32,000 nucleotides of DNA from Sneathiella chungangensis (GTDB lineage: Bacteria > Pseudomonadota > Alphaproteobacteria > Sneathiellales > Sneathiellaceae): the NCBI RefSeq assembly GCF_009882935.1, contig NZ_WTVA01000015.1, positions 597,108-629,107 on the forward strand. The letters are read 5' to 3'. The notes below the pieces were generated by a model. That model made no database searches. It saw nothing but the letters and a program-made list of their open reading frames with translations, and was not told the origin of the DNA. A program made the translations under genes and the position numbers. Position 1 is the first letter of the stretch. The number at the start of each line of letters is the position of its first letter. Shown here piece by piece: positions 1-9,622 of the stretch.

Positions 1-1
1 T

Positions 2-943
2 CTTGGCGCCATCCGTAATTTCGTCGGATTGCAGGAAGATTATGAATGCATTTATTGCGCCGTCGATATGCATGCCATCACCGTCTGGCAGGATCCTGCG
101 GCGCTTCGCAGCAATACGCGGGAAGTCGCCGCCGCCTATCTTGCAGCCGGCGTTGATCCGAAACGTTCCATAATAATCGCGCAGAGCACGGTTCCCGCGC
201 ATGCCGAGCTCGCCTGGATTTTCAATTGCGTCGCCCGCCTCGGCTGGTTGAACCGGATGACCCAGTTCAAGGAGAAGGCGGGGAAGAATCGCGAGAACGC
301 TTCTGTCGGCCTGTATGCCTATCCCAACCTGATGGCGGCGGACATTATGGTCTATAAGGCAACCCATGTGCCGGTCGGGGAGGACCAGAAACAGCATCTG
401 GAACTGACCCGCGATATCGCGCAGAAGTTCAACAATGATTACGGCGCGGAAATCTTCCCGCTGGTCGAACCGCTTATTTTCGGCGAAGCGACACGGGTGA
501 TGTCGCTGCGGGACGGATCGAAGAAGATGTCGAAATCCGATCCGAGTGATTATTCGCGCATTACTTTTACGGACGATCGCGACAGCATTGCGCTGAAACT
601 GCGCAAGGCGCGGACGGATGCGGATCCGCTTCCCGAGAGGGAAGAGGGGTTGAAGAACCGCCCTGAAGCCGCCAATCTTGTCGGGATCTATGCGGCCCTC
701 GCCGATCTCACCAAGCAGAAGGTACTCGACGAATTTGCCGGGGCGCCCTTCTCGGTCTTCAAGCCGGCGCTGACCGATCTTGCGGTGGAAAAGTTCGGCC
801 CCATCGGCGAAGAAATGAAACGCCTGATGGCCGATCCGGCGCATGTTGACGCAATCTTGCATGAAGGCGCGGAACGGGCCGAGGCCCTCGCCGCGCCGGT
901 ATTGGCGGAGGTCAAGGAAGTCGTCGGTTTTCTTCGACCGTAA
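2..943 (+). CDS. trpS: Tryptophan--tRNA ligase, 5'-truncated by the window edge
   Basis: The frame is open from nt 2 ([18 protein letters not shown]...). A class I aaRS KMSKS motif is present (KKMSKSD). The C-terminal region is typical of TrpS. Confidence 0.9.
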   Translation, partial: LGAIRNFVGLQEDYECIYCAVDMHAITVWQDPAALRSNTREVAAAYLAAGVDPKRSIIIAQSTVPAHAELAWIFNCVARLGWLNRMTQFKEKAGKNRENASVGLYAYPNLMAADIMVYKATHVPVGEDQKQHLELTRDIAQKFNNDYGAEIFPLVEPLIFGEATRVMSLRDGSKKMSKSDPSDYSRITFTDDRDSIALKLRKARTDADPLPEREEGLKNRPEAANLVGIYAALADLTKQKVLDEFAGAPFSVFKPALTDLAVEKFGPIGEEMKRLMADPAHVDAILHEGAERAEALAAPVLAEVKEVVGFLRP

Positions 944-1030
944 GCCGCCCAACTTGTAAGTCGATACGAAACGACATACATCTTTCACCGAAGCCATAAG
1001 TGTGGATGAGGAAGTGACGGGACGGGATAG

Positions 1031-2020
1031 ATGAGCGAAATCGGCAATAGCGGCACGGAAACCAAACGCATTGGTCGAAGCGCGCAAGCTGTGAAAGAAG
1101 GCGCGAGACGAAGCTGGAAAGTGTTCGTCTTCCTGATACTCCTGTTCCTGCTGCTCTACTATCCGATCGGCATGATCATGATCAACAATATCGAAGACGA
1201 CACCGATTTTGTGCCGACCGGCACGAATGTCGTCGCGGGCGGCAGCCATGCCGTGGATATGATGGCCGGATTGATCGACCGGGAGATCAACATCAACCGT
1301 TGGACGGCGAACGATCCGTTTTTCATGCCCTCCGCGGCACTCGACAATATGCCGAACTACCAGCAGGGGATTATTTCGGCCCTCGCGCGCTTCGGTTTCG
1401 AGCTGACCGACCAGATTGGGCGGACACGCGGTTCCAGCCAGACGGACCCGGATTTGCAGGAAGCCGCCGGCCTTCTTCAATATTCGGGCACGAAATGGGC
1501 ATGGGACCCGACGATCTCGCTTTTACCGACGGCAGCATCGGAAGAGCAATATGAAAAAGCCCGTTCCTCGCTTATCAGCTATAACAAGCGGCTTGCCGAA
1601 GGGAAGGCCGTATTTGAAAAGCGGGCCGACAACCTCCTTGCGACTCTCGACCGCATTGCCCTCGATATCGGCTCCTCCACCGCGACGATCGACAAGCATA
1701 TTGACGAAAATTCCGGCCAGATCATCGATTTCAAAGCGGATGACATCTTCTACGGCGTCAAGGGGCAGGCCTATGGCTATTACCTGCTTCTGAAAGCGCT
1801 CTCGCAGGATTATGAAACCCTGATCAAGGAACGCGGGCTTACCAACGCCTGGGCACAGATGCTGGCCAGCCTGAAGTCCGTCATCGATCTGGATCCCATT
1901 ATCGTCGTTAATGCCGTTCCTGATTCCCAGTTTCTCCCCAACCACCTGACCGCGCAGGGCTTCTATATCCTGCGCGCCCGCACTCAGCTCCAGGAGATCA
2001 GCAACATTCTCTTGAAATAA
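1031..2020 (+). CDS. DUF2333-like membrane protein, function unknown
   Basis: 329-aa ORF with one N-terminal TM helix (VFVFLILLFLLLYYPIGMIMI). The LDNMPNYQQG...R...S.S..DPDL pattern matches what I recall of the DUF2333 family. The family name is from memory only. Confidence 0.6.
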   Translation: MSEIGNSGTETKRIGRSAQAVKEGARRSWKVFVFLILLFLLLYYPIGMIMINNIEDDTDFVPTGTNVVAGGSHAVDMMAGLIDREININRWTANDPFFMPSAALDNMPNYQQGIISALARFGFELTDQIGRTRGSSQTDPDLQEAAGLLQYSGTKWAWDPTISLLPTAASEEQYEKARSSLISYNKRLAEGKAVFEKRADNLLATLDRIALDIGSSTATIDKHIDENSGQIIDFKADDIFYGVKGQAYGYYLLLKALSQDYETLIKERGLTNAWAQMLASLKSVIDLDPIIVVNAVPDSQFLPNHLTAQGFYILRARTQLQEISNILLK

Positions 2021-2073
2021 ACGCGCCGATAGTGGCAGGATAAATTTCAACGTGAATAACTGACGGAGCCTTT

Positions 2074-2559
2074 ATGTCAGAGGAAACCCCAACCGGCGTC
2101 CGCAACAAGTTCCTTGTTGTCGTCGATGAAACCCCGGAATGCAAATCGGCCATCCGGTTTGCGAGCCGCCGCGCCTGGCATGTTGGCGGCGGGGTAATCC
2201 TGCTTTATGTCATAGAGCCGCCGGAGTTCCAGCACTGGATGGGCGTTGAACAGGCGATGCGCGAGGAAGCCCGGGAGGCCGCCGAAGAAATCCTGCAAAA
2301 TCTGGCCGAGGAAATTCAGAAGGAAACGACGATCGTACCGGAATTCGTCATCCGTGACGGCTACAAGAAGGAAGAAGTGCTGGCACTGATCGAAGAAGAT
2401 TCCGATATCCGCGTCCTTGTCCTCGCCGCCTCGCCCGATTCCGGAGGACCGGGACCGCTGATCAAAAGCCTGGTTGGTGAAATGTCAGGAACTTTCGCCA
2501 TTCCGATTACGGTCGTCCCGGGAAATCTCACCACCCGCCAACTCGACGCCGTTACCTGA
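2074..2559 (+). CDS. Universal stress protein (UspA family)
   Basis: 161 aa with an N-terminal FLVVVDETPEC beta-strand and a C-terminal G-rich region (SGGPGPL...IPITVVPG), both typical of the Usp fold. SD ACGGAG lies 5 nt upstream of the ATG. Confidence 0.8.
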   Translation: MSEETPTGVRNKFLVVVDETPECKSAIRFASRRAWHVGGGVILLYVIEPPEFQHWMGVEQAMREEAREAAEEILQNLAEEIQKETTIVPEFVIRDGYKKEEVLALIEEDSDIRVLVLAASPDSGGPGPLIKSLVGEMSGTFAIPITVVPGNLTTRQLDAVT

Positions 2560-2878
2560 GCAACTCGAATCAATTGTCCATCGCCAGTGGCCCGGATCAA
2601 GGCGATTCGGCATCAGGACGGGTTTTTGCGGCGTCGAAAATTTGGCATAAATTATAAGTATTTACTTAAGCAGCTGAAACTCTTGGAAAAATTATTGTAA
2701 AAAATTCCGCACTTGATCTTGCTATCGACCGCCCTCATATTTCGGGTCCGGCCCAGAGTGAAGGAAAAACACTTTTTGGGCCTAAATATTGTGGAAGCAG
2801 TAACAGTACATACTATATGTCGCGGTATTTCGTGGAATAGCGCGTTCTTGAGCAGAGAAATACATCGCAGTTTATGTA

Positions 2879-3877
2879 ATGCAGCTACTGATATCCGGTC
2901 TTAAATCCAATAAAATTGCGACTTTGGTAGGTATTGCCCTGGCGATTACCTATCTGGTGCCGGATTTTATCGACAGCACCCGTGAGGTGCGAACGGCATC
3001 CTATGGCGTCGGCAAACAGCTGTTCGCGAAGGCCGTTCCCCTTCCGCCGCGCAAACCAAGCGATATTCCGGCAGTCGACCAGCCGGACCAGTTCGATATG
3101 GAAAGCCTGAAGGCGCGCCTTTCGCAGGTCGACTATCGCCTGCGCGATGTCCGGCGCGGCGAGCCGGTGCCACGGTTTTATGTGGAGCAAATGCCGGTCG
3201 ATATACTCGACATCCCCGATGTGGAGGAGCGAAAGCGGACCTTTATCAAGCTGGTTTTGCCGCTGATCCTGAACGTCAACGAGAAAATCGCCGCGCAACG
3301 CTCCCGGCTCGCCACTCTTGTGGAGGCAAAATCTGACGGCAAGAGCCTTCGCGAAACAGATCGCAAATGGCTGGACGAAATTGCCATTCGCTACCGCGCC
3401 GAAGAAAGCGACCCCGAATCCCTGCTGGTTAGAGTGGATGAAGTGCCGGTATCGCTGGCGATCGCGCAGGCTGTCGAGGAATCCGGCTGGGGCACGTCGC
3501 GCTTCGCCCGGGAGGGGAATGCCCTGTTCGGGCAGCGAGTTTGGGCAACCGGCAAGGGGCTGGTTCCGGAAGACCGCGATCATGACGAATCCCATGAAGT
3601 GAAATCCTTCAAGTCGATCGCAGAGTCGATCAGGGCATATATCCATAATCTGAATTCGCATCCCGCTTACGCCGATTTCCGTCAGGTCCGTGCCCGCCAG
3701 CATCTCGAACCCGGTTTCACGGCCGATGCAATGGGTCTGATCGATACGCTGCATGTCTACTCTGAAAAAGGAGTGGAATATGTCAATAATCTTCGCTCCC
3801 TGATCGAAATGAACCGTCTCGATGACTTCGAAGATGCCGTGCTTGCACCGGAACGGTTTGCTGACAGCCGCCGCTAA
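2879..3877 (+). CDS. Glucosaminidase-domain protein (Bax/FlgJ-like peptidoglycan hydrolase), membrane anchored
   Basis: Has an N-terminal TM segment (IATLVGIALAITYLV). The motif AQAVEESGWGTSRFAREGNALFGQRVW is characteristic of the mannosyl-glycoprotein endo-beta-N-acetylglucosaminidase domain. No clear SD, so the start is uncertain. Confidence 0.75.
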   Translation: MQLLISGLKSNKIATLVGIALAITYLVPDFIDSTREVRTASYGVGKQLFAKAVPLPPRKPSDIPAVDQPDQFDMESLKARLSQVDYRLRDVRRGEPVPRFYVEQMPVDILDIPDVEERKRTFIKLVLPLILNVNEKIAAQRSRLATLVEAKSDGKSLRETDRKWLDEIAIRYRAEESDPESLLVRVDEVPVSLAIAQAVEESGWGTSRFAREGNALFGQRVWATGKGLVPEDRDHDESHEVKSFKSIAESIRAYIHNLNSHPAYADFRQVRARQHLEPGFTADAMGLIDTLHVYSEKGVEYVNNLRSLIEMNRLDDFEDAVLAPERFADSRR

Positions 3878-4026
3878 CCCCCAACCCCCTCCGTATTTCA
3901 TCGCCTGCACATTCCATCTCGCAAAATCGGGAGGGATATGGAAATATGTTCCGTGCGCGCCTTCTAATCAGGCGATGCCGCGATGAGAGCGTGATCCGTA
4001 AAAATAAAGAAAAGCGAGGGGAGATC

Positions 4027-4797
4027 ATGGGCCGCCTGGAAAACAAAGTTGCCGTCATAACAGGAGCTGCCACCGGAATTGGTCTGGCGACCAGTCGCCG
4101 GTTCGTGGAGGAGGGCGCTTTTGTCCTGATGACAGACATCAACAGCGCAGCCGGCGAGACGGCCGCGAAGGAATTTGGCGCAAAGGCCCGTTTCCTTTCG
4201 CATGATGTAACGAAAGAGGCGGACTGGCAGAAGGTGATATCCACGGCCGTGGCGGACGTGAATGGCATCGATATTCTGGTGAATAATGCCGGAATTCTTG
4301 CCATCGGGGAGCGTCAGACGATTGAGGATACCGATCTCGCGCATTGGCAGGCAATTCAAAAAGTAAATGTGGAAGGTGTTTTTCTCGGCTGTCAGGCGGC
4401 GGTCAGGGCGATGAAGGAGCGCGGCGGATCGATCGTCAATATCTCCTCCGTCGCCGCGATAATCGGCACGCCGACACTTGCTGCCTATGGCGCCTCGAAG
4501 GCGGCGGTACGGCAGCTCACAAAAACCGTCGCAATCCATAGCGCCAACAACGGATATGGTATTCGCTGCAATTCCGTTCACCCGGATCCCGTCCGCACCA
4601 ATATGGGCGACGAGCTGATGGGTATGTATGGCGGCGATATCCAGGCGGGATGGGAGGCTCTACCGGCCCGAGTCCCACTCAAGACCCCAAGCGAACCCGT
4701 CGACATCGCGAACAGCATCCTCTTTCTTGCGTCAGATGAAGCGCGGCACATCACGGGGGCCGAGCTTGTCGTCGACGGCGGCATGACCGCGATTTAG
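4027..4797 (+). CDS. Short-chain dehydrogenase/reductase (SDR) family oxidoreductase
   Basis: Carries TGAATGIG (Rossmann), NNAG and the YGASK catalytic motif. I place the start at MGRLENKVAVITG (ATG 4027, SD GAGGGGAG upstream), not the ORF-track start at 3946. Confidence 0.85.
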   Translation: MGRLENKVAVITGAATGIGLATSRRFVEEGAFVLMTDINSAAGETAAKEFGAKARFLSHDVTKEADWQKVISTAVADVNGIDILVNNAGILAIGERQTIEDTDLAHWQAIQKVNVEGVFLGCQAAVRAMKERGGSIVNISSVAAIIGTPTLAAYGASKAAVRQLTKTVAIHSANNGYGIRCNSVHPDPVRTNMGDELMGMYGGDIQAGWEALPARVPLKTPSEPVDIANSILFLASDEARHITGAELVVDGGMTAI

Positions 4798-4830
4798 AAT
4801 CACCAGATTTGTTACGGGAGAAACCAGCCG

Positions 4831-5889
4831 ATGCGGATAGACCATGATGAACTAACGACTTTTGTCGAGGCGATTTTCAAGGCGGCCGGCAGCGAACCAA
4901 TAGAAGCCGCCATCGTTGCCGATCATCTTGTCCTCGCCAACCTTTCGGGCCATGACAGCCATGGCGTTGGCATGATTCCCCGCTATGTCGAAAATATCGA
5001 GGCCGGCTATCTGGTACCCAATGAACATGCCGAACTTGTCAGGCAGGACGGATCCATTCTCGTTTTCAATGGCCGTGCCGGCTTCGGTCAGGTCGTCGCC
5101 CGGGAAGCCATGGCGCAAACCATAAATGTTGCGCGAAAGACGGGCCTCGCCCTCTCGGCCTTGCGCAATGCCCATCATATCGGACGGGTTGGAACCTACG
5201 GGGAGCAATGTGCGGACGCCGGCCTCGTCTCAATTCATTTCGTCAATGTAACGGGACACAGGGGGCTCGTTGCCCCGCATCGCGGATCAGACGCCCGCTA
5301 CGGCACCAACCCCATCTGTATTTCGCTTCCCGATACCCAGCACGAAAAGCGCATCATTCTCGATTTCGCAACAAGCAAGGTCGCGCTCGGCAAGATCCGG
5401 GTCGCCCATAACAGCGGCAAGGAAGTCGAGGAAGGCCTGCTGATCGACAATCACGGGAACTCGACGACCGATCCGGGCGTGATGTTTGCCGAAGAATCCG
5501 GCTCGCTTCTTCCTCTTGCAGAGCATAAAGGCTATGGACTTGCGCTTATGTGCGAGCTTCTTACTGGCGCGATTGGCGGCGGCGGGACAATCCAGCCGGG
5601 CAATGTGCGTGATTCCCGCGTCATCAACAATATGCTTTCGATCGTATTTGACCCGGCCCGGCTGACCGAAACGGACTATATCGCCAGCGAATTGAAGGCC
5701 ATGTGCGACTATGTGCGGGAGTCGCCGCCGCGCAAAGGTTATGGCAATGTCATCCTGCCGGGCGATCCCGAACGCGAGCAGCGTGCCGAGCGCAAATCAA
5801 ATGGCATCGAGATCGACGCGGAAACCTGGCGGCAGATCACCGAAGCCGCCGCCAGCGTCAATGTCCTCCCTAATACACACCAATATTGA
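4831..5889 (+). CDS. Ldh2-family (malate/L-lactate/ureidoglycolate-type) dehydrogenase
   Basis: 352 aa with GHDSHGVGMIPRYV and HKGYGLALMCELLTG motifs typical of the Ldh_2 family. SD GGGAGA lies upstream of the ATG. Substrate cannot be assigned. Confidence 0.8.
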   Translation: MRIDHDELTTFVEAIFKAAGSEPIEAAIVADHLVLANLSGHDSHGVGMIPRYVENIEAGYLVPNEHAELVRQDGSILVFNGRAGFGQVVAREAMAQTINVARKTGLALSALRNAHHIGRVGTYGEQCADAGLVSIHFVNVTGHRGLVAPHRGSDARYGTNPICISLPDTQHEKRIILDFATSKVALGKIRVAHNSGKEVEEGLLIDNHGNSTTDPGVMFAEESGSLLPLAEHKGYGLALMCELLTGAIGGGGTIQPGNVRDSRVINNMLSIVFDPARLTETDYIASELKAMCDYVRESPPRKGYGNVILPGDPEREQRAERKSNGIEIDAETWRQITEAAASVNVLPNTHQY

Positions 5890-5919
5890 TTAATTGTTGT
5901 TATATATAAGCGTAATTAG

Positions 5920-6690
5920 CTATCTTTTGAGATTTTTCAGCAAGTCATCCGCCGCCGTCGCAACAAGGCCTGTATCGCCTGCGCAAAGAAGAAAATCAAA
6001 GCCTTGGGCGAACAGCTCGTTGGTCTGCCGCGGCCCCTTCGATATGCAGCCGAGATAGGCCGGGCTCGCCTTGATGCGATCCCGCGCCTCCTCAAACAGC
6101 GCCTTGACTTCGGGGTCATCGAATTCGGCGAGCTTGTTGATACTGCCGGACAGATCGTTAGGACCGATAAAAAGCATGTCCACGCCATCGACGGCGGCAA
6201 TGCTCTCGATATTGCCGACAGCCTCCTTCGTTTCGATCTGGCAGACGATCATCAGGTCCTGATCCAGGTTATCCCGATATTCGCGTGCCGTCCGCCCGTA
6301 ACCGCCAGCGCGCGCCGCGCCGAACCCTGCGCTGCGGATGCCCGTCGGCGGGTATCGGCAGGCGGCGACGACGGCCCGGGCCTCCTCCGCCGTATTGACG
6401 GATGGCACCATTATGCCGTCCATTCCGGTATCAAGCGCCCTCTTGATCAGGACGGTATCGTTCCACGGAACCCGCATGAGGACGGTCACGTCGCTTACCG
6501 ATCGGACGGCGCGATGCTGGTCGATGGCGGTTTCCAGACTTCCCGAGCCATGTTCATGATCAATCATCAGGGCATCGAAGCCCGCGCCCGCGACGATCTC
6601 CGCCATATCGGACGAATTGGAGAAGAGCCAGCAGGCCGCCGCCTTTCCGCCGGCCTGAAGTTTTTGTTTTAGTTTATTCGGGCGATGCAT
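5920..6690 (-). CDS. HpcH/HpaI-family 2-keto-3-deoxy-acid aldolase
   Basis: Contains AGFDALMIDHEHGSG and FIGPNDLS motifs of HpcH/HpaI aldolases. The start is set at ATG 6690 because AGGAG (6697-6701 complement) sits 6 nt upstream. The track start GTG 6696 would leave no spacer. Confidence 0.85.
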   Translation of the reverse strand: MHRPNKLKQKLQAGGKAAACWLFSNSSDMAEIVAGAGFDALMIDHEHGSGSLETAIDQHRAVRSVSDVTVLMRVPWNDTVLIKRALDTGMDGIMVPSVNTAEEARAVVAACRYPPTGIRSAGFGAARAGGYGRTAREYRDNLDQDLMIVCQIETKEAVGNIESIAAVDGVDMLFIGPNDLSGSINKLAEFDDPEVKALFEEARDRIKASPAYLGCISKGPRQTNELFAQGFDFLLCAGDTGLVATAADDLLKNLKR

Positions 6691-6716
6691 TGGCACTCCT
6701 TTTTCTTTTTTGGGGT

Positions 6717-7757
6717 TTATTTTGGAATGTAGAACAGCGAGCCGAACCAGCGCCAGCGCCTGTCGGGCCCGAGAAGGGTGCAGTTAATCCGGCCCCGGCC
6801 CGGTTTGAAAGCAGCGGCCAGCCGGATCTCAATACGCGAGTCGCCAATTTTTTCAATCGGCACAGCCCCGCCTGTCTGGTTGGAAGAAAAGCAGGACAGA
6901 CCATTGAGGTTGCCGTAATCCTCGGCGATCGTGAAACCGAAATTCGGTGGATTGCGTTTCAGCACGTTGTCGGAGGGCGTTACATCCGTAACCCGCAACG
7001 GCAGTGCGTTGGCGGCCAGCCTGAAACGCCCAATACCGCCATAATTCTCGCTCATCGCGAAGCGGGGAAGTTCCAGCCTGTCGTAACCGGAATAGGCAAC
7101 GCCCGATTGCTGCCCAAACGCCGCCTTGAAACCGATATTGCGAATAACCGTCTTCACGTCGTTACCGTATTCTCCGTAGGGATAGGCGAATATCGCGGGC
7201 ACGAAGCCGAGTTCCGCCTGATAACGCTCGCTTGCCAGATTGATATCCGCTTCGATTTCCTCCGGGCTCATAAGCGGCAGATGCGCATGGGAATAGGTAT
7301 GATGCCCGATATGCACGCCCGCATCCCGAAGCTCGCGGATCTGGTCCCAGCTCATGTAGCCTGCATACTGCTTGTCCACCGACTCGACGGCAACAAAGAC
7401 CGTGAACGGCAAATTCGCCTCTTTCAACAGCGGCCAGGCAACGTCGTAAACGGAAAGGTAGGCATCGTCGACGGTAAGCGCGACGGTGCGGTCGGGAAGC
7501 GACTCACCTCTTTCCAGCCGATCGACAATTTCGTTCAGGGGCAACACCGTATACTGGCCGTTTTGTAGCTCCTGAATATGTTCCTTGAACTGATCGACCC
7601 GGATATTGGTCGATGAATACTGATCCTCACCAAACCGGTGATACATGATGACGCTTGCCCAGTCAGCAGCGCTCGCGGCATTCGTCCATACCAATGCACC
7701 GAAAAATATGGCCGCCGCACCAAACAGCCCAAAAATTCTTGTTCCTGCCCGTTTCAT
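6717..7757 (-). CDS. Secreted polysaccharide deacetylase (NodB-domain) family protein
   Basis: Has a signal peptide ending ASA-AD. NodB-type motifs are present: MYHRF, TVDDAY and HTYSHAH. It ends 26 nt upstream of the aldolase start on the same strand. Confidence 0.85.
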   Translation of the reverse strand: MKRAGTRIFGLFGAAAIFFGALVWTNAASAADWASVIMYHRFGEDQYSSTNIRVDQFKEHIQELQNGQYTVLPLNEIVDRLERGESLPDRTVALTVDDAYLSVYDVAWPLLKEANLPFTVFVAVESVDKQYAGYMSWDQIRELRDAGVHIGHHTYSHAHLPLMSPEEIEADINLASERYQAELGFVPAIFAYPYGEYGNDVKTVIRNIGFKAAFGQQSGVAYSGYDRLELPRFAMSENYGGIGRFRLAANALPLRVTDVTPSDNVLKRNPPNFGFTIAEDYGNLNGLSCFSSNQTGGAVPIEKIGDSRIEIRLAAAFKPGRGRINCTLLGPDRRWRWFGSLFYIPK

Positions 7758-7763
7758 CCGCCT

Positions 7764-8354
7764 TCAACCCGCATTCGACTGACCTGTATCGCCCATCATC
7801 CGGCTTCCCGCCGCCTTGTCCGAAAGGGTAGGATATCGGCGAGGTTTAAACAATTGGTAATGCCACCATTCATTCCGGTAAAAATCCCATCCGGCCGCCG
7901 TCATCAATCCGAGCAGGATTGCCCGGTTCTGCTGAGCCTCAGCGGATATATCTAGCGCGCCGTGAAAGGACGATGGCGTCATGGCGTCAAATCCTGTTCC
8001 CATTTCAAGTTCGTGACCGGAGCCGTCCATCAGGGTGAGGTCGATTGCCGCCCCCCGCGAATGGGGGGACCCGCTGCTCGGATGCGACAGAAAATCGGGG
8101 TTCGGCGTGTGATCCCAGAGCATCTGAACGGCCTCGGTCGGGCGAAAGGCATCAAATATCTTGATGCGAAGGCCGATGGCCGCCGCCAGTTCGACGGCGC
8201 GCCGTAAATTATCGGCAGCCTCGAGATTAAGGTAGCACGCGCCCCGCCGATAGACCGGCCTGCCGGTGAAATTATTCCCGCTCACATACCGCAGATCAAG
8301 CTCAACATCAAACTCTTGCGGTGTTATTTCGACTAGGTTCGCATTTAGTGTCAT
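7764..8354 (-). CDS. ddpX: D-alanyl-D-alanine dipeptidase (VanX/DdpX, M15D family)
   Basis: Carries DLRYVSGNNFTG, SPHSRGAAIDLTL (the SxHxxGxAxD zinc motif) and EWWHYQL, all typical of VanX-type dipeptidases. No signal peptide. The stop lies 6 nt before the deacetylase start. Confidence 0.8.
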   Translation of the reverse strand: MTLNANLVEITPQEFDVELDLRYVSGNNFTGRPVYRRGACYLNLEAADNLRRAVELAAAIGLRIKIFDAFRPTEAVQMLWDHTPNPDFLSHPSSGSPHSRGAAIDLTLMDGSGHELEMGTGFDAMTPSSFHGALDISAEAQQNRAILLGLMTAAGWDFYRNEWWHYQLFKPRRYPTLSDKAAGSRMMGDTGQSNAG

Positions 8355-8446
8355 CGTTAACCTGTTGACTTGAAATCACGCGCCAGAGAGCGTAACACTC
8401 TGGCCTCACGGTGACCCTACATGGCTCGAATACGGAAGGCAATATA

Positions 8447-9151
8447 ATGAAGATTCTGGCGTTTGATACCGCAATGAACGCCTGCTCCGTCGCCATAACG
8501 GAGGGAACCCTGGTCCTTCACCATGTCCATGAAAAACGGCGGCGGGGCCATGCCGAAGCCCTTCTGCCAATGATCGAAGCATCGATGCGCGAGACCGGCC
8601 TTGGCTATCCGGATATCGACCTGATCGCCGTTACTGTGGGGCCGGGAACCTTCACGGGACTCAGGATCGGACTGGCTGCCGCACGCGGGATCGCGCTTGC
8701 AGCGAAAAAACCGCTGATCGGCATTACCACGCTTGAGGCGATCTCGGCCGCGGTGTCGCCCTCCATGGCCGCCGAACGCCCCGTTATCGCGACCGCCGAT
8801 GCCCGGCGCGGAGAGATTTATCTACAGGCCTTCAGGCGGATTGAAAATGACTCGCTCATCACGCCGCTGACCGATGCGGCCGCCGTGAAAACAGAGGATG
8901 CCCTCGCCTCCGTTGGATTGGACCGCGCCGTCCTTGTCGGGTCCGGCGCGCCGCTTCTCGCCGCGCAGGGCGGATTTGACCCGCAAAAATTTGAACTGCT
9001 GGCTATTGACGATGATCCGGATGCAATCCAGGTGGCACGGCTGGCGTTTGGTCGCGGCCGTCCTCCCGCCGACACGCCGCCGCCTGCGCCGGTATATCTG
9101 AGGGCGCCGGATGCGAAGCTACCGGGCGGTAAAGACCCGACCGCCTCCTGA
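8447..9151 (+). CDS. tsaB: tRNA t6A37 biosynthesis protein TsaB
   Basis: Contains [17 protein letters not shown]... and [13 protein letters not shown] motifs. The start is set at ATG 8447 with SD GGAAGG upstream. The track start at 8411 adds 12 unsupported residues. Confidence 0.85.
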   Translation: MKILAFDTAMNACSVAITEGTLVLHHVHEKRRRGHAEALLPMIEASMRETGLGYPDIDLIAVTVGPGTFTGLRIGLAAARGIALAAKKPLIGITTLEAISAAVSPSMAAERPVIATADARRGEIYLQAFRRIENDSLITPLTDAAAVKTEDALASVGLDRAVLVGSGAPLLAAQGGFDPQKFELLAIDDDPDAIQVARLAFGRGRPPADTPPPAPVYLRAPDAKLPGGKDPTAS

Positions 9152-9163
9152 GTGGGAGGATCC

Positions 9164-9622
9164 ATGACCGACTTATTTACGGAAACCGACTTTTTTACTG
9201 ACAGCTCCGCCGCGACGCTCGCGAGCGCGCTGCATGCACGCTGCTTCGATGACCCATGGAATGAAGAAGCGTTTGTATCTGCACTCAATATTCCGGGAAC
9301 AATACTCCAGGTCATGTGCGTTGCGAAGGAACCGACCGCCTTTGCGCTATATCGGCAAATTCTGGATGAAGCCGAAATCCTGTCTCTGGGCACGGTGCCC
9401 GAGTTGCGCGAAAAAGGAATTGCCACTCGCCTTCTGGATGATGGAATTAAATTTTTGCGGGAAAGAAAAACGCAAATTCTGCTTCTTGAAGTCGGGGTGC
9501 AAAACATTGCTGCTCAACAGCTTTATCGCGCGAAAGGGTTTCGGGAAATCGGCCGCCGCCCAAATTACTACAACCATGGCGCGGGCGGCGAAGATGCGAT
9601 CATGATGAAATTACAGCTTTAA
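9164..9622 (+). CDS. rimI: Ribosomal-protein-alanine N-acetyltransferase (GNAT)
   Basis: GNAT motif A is present (RGKGIATRLL-like: REKGIATRLLDDG). The position immediately after tsaB is conserved. GGAGG at 9155-9159 favours ATG 9164 over GTG 9152. Confidence 0.8.
   Translation: MTDLFTETDFFTDSSAATLASALHARCFDDPWNEEAFVSALNIPGTILQVMCVAKEPTAFALYRQILDEAEILSLGTVPELREKGIATRLLDDGIKFLRERKTQILLLEVGVQNIAAQQLYRAKGFREIGRRPNYYNHGAGGEDAIMMKLQL

Noticed and set aside
2643-2658. TGGCAT resembling the -24 element of a sigma-54 promoter.
   Set aside because: The required -12 TTGC(A/T) element is absent at the correct spacing. The sequence there is ATAAG.
2713-2904. 63-aa ORF in the AT-rich spacer, overlapping the start of the glucosaminidase gene.
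   Set aside because: It has no SD, a composition driven by AT-rich DNA and no recognisable motif. It overlaps the better-supported 2879 start in another frame.
3946-4026. 27-codon N-terminal extension of the SDR gene (ORF-track start at 3946).
   Set aside because: SDRs normally start a few residues before the TGxxxGIG loop. MGRLENKVAVITG at 4027 has its own SD. The extension is Arg-rich (MFRARLLIRRCRDES...) and lies inside a repeat-bracketed leader. A GGGAGGG 10 nt upstream of 3946 keeps this from being fully excluded.
8382-8404. 7-bp hairpin GCCAGAG-N9-CTCTGGC in the divergent ddpX/tsaB spacer.
   Set aside because: It is short and isolated, with no U tract and no partner motif. It is compatible with chance, so I assign no function.
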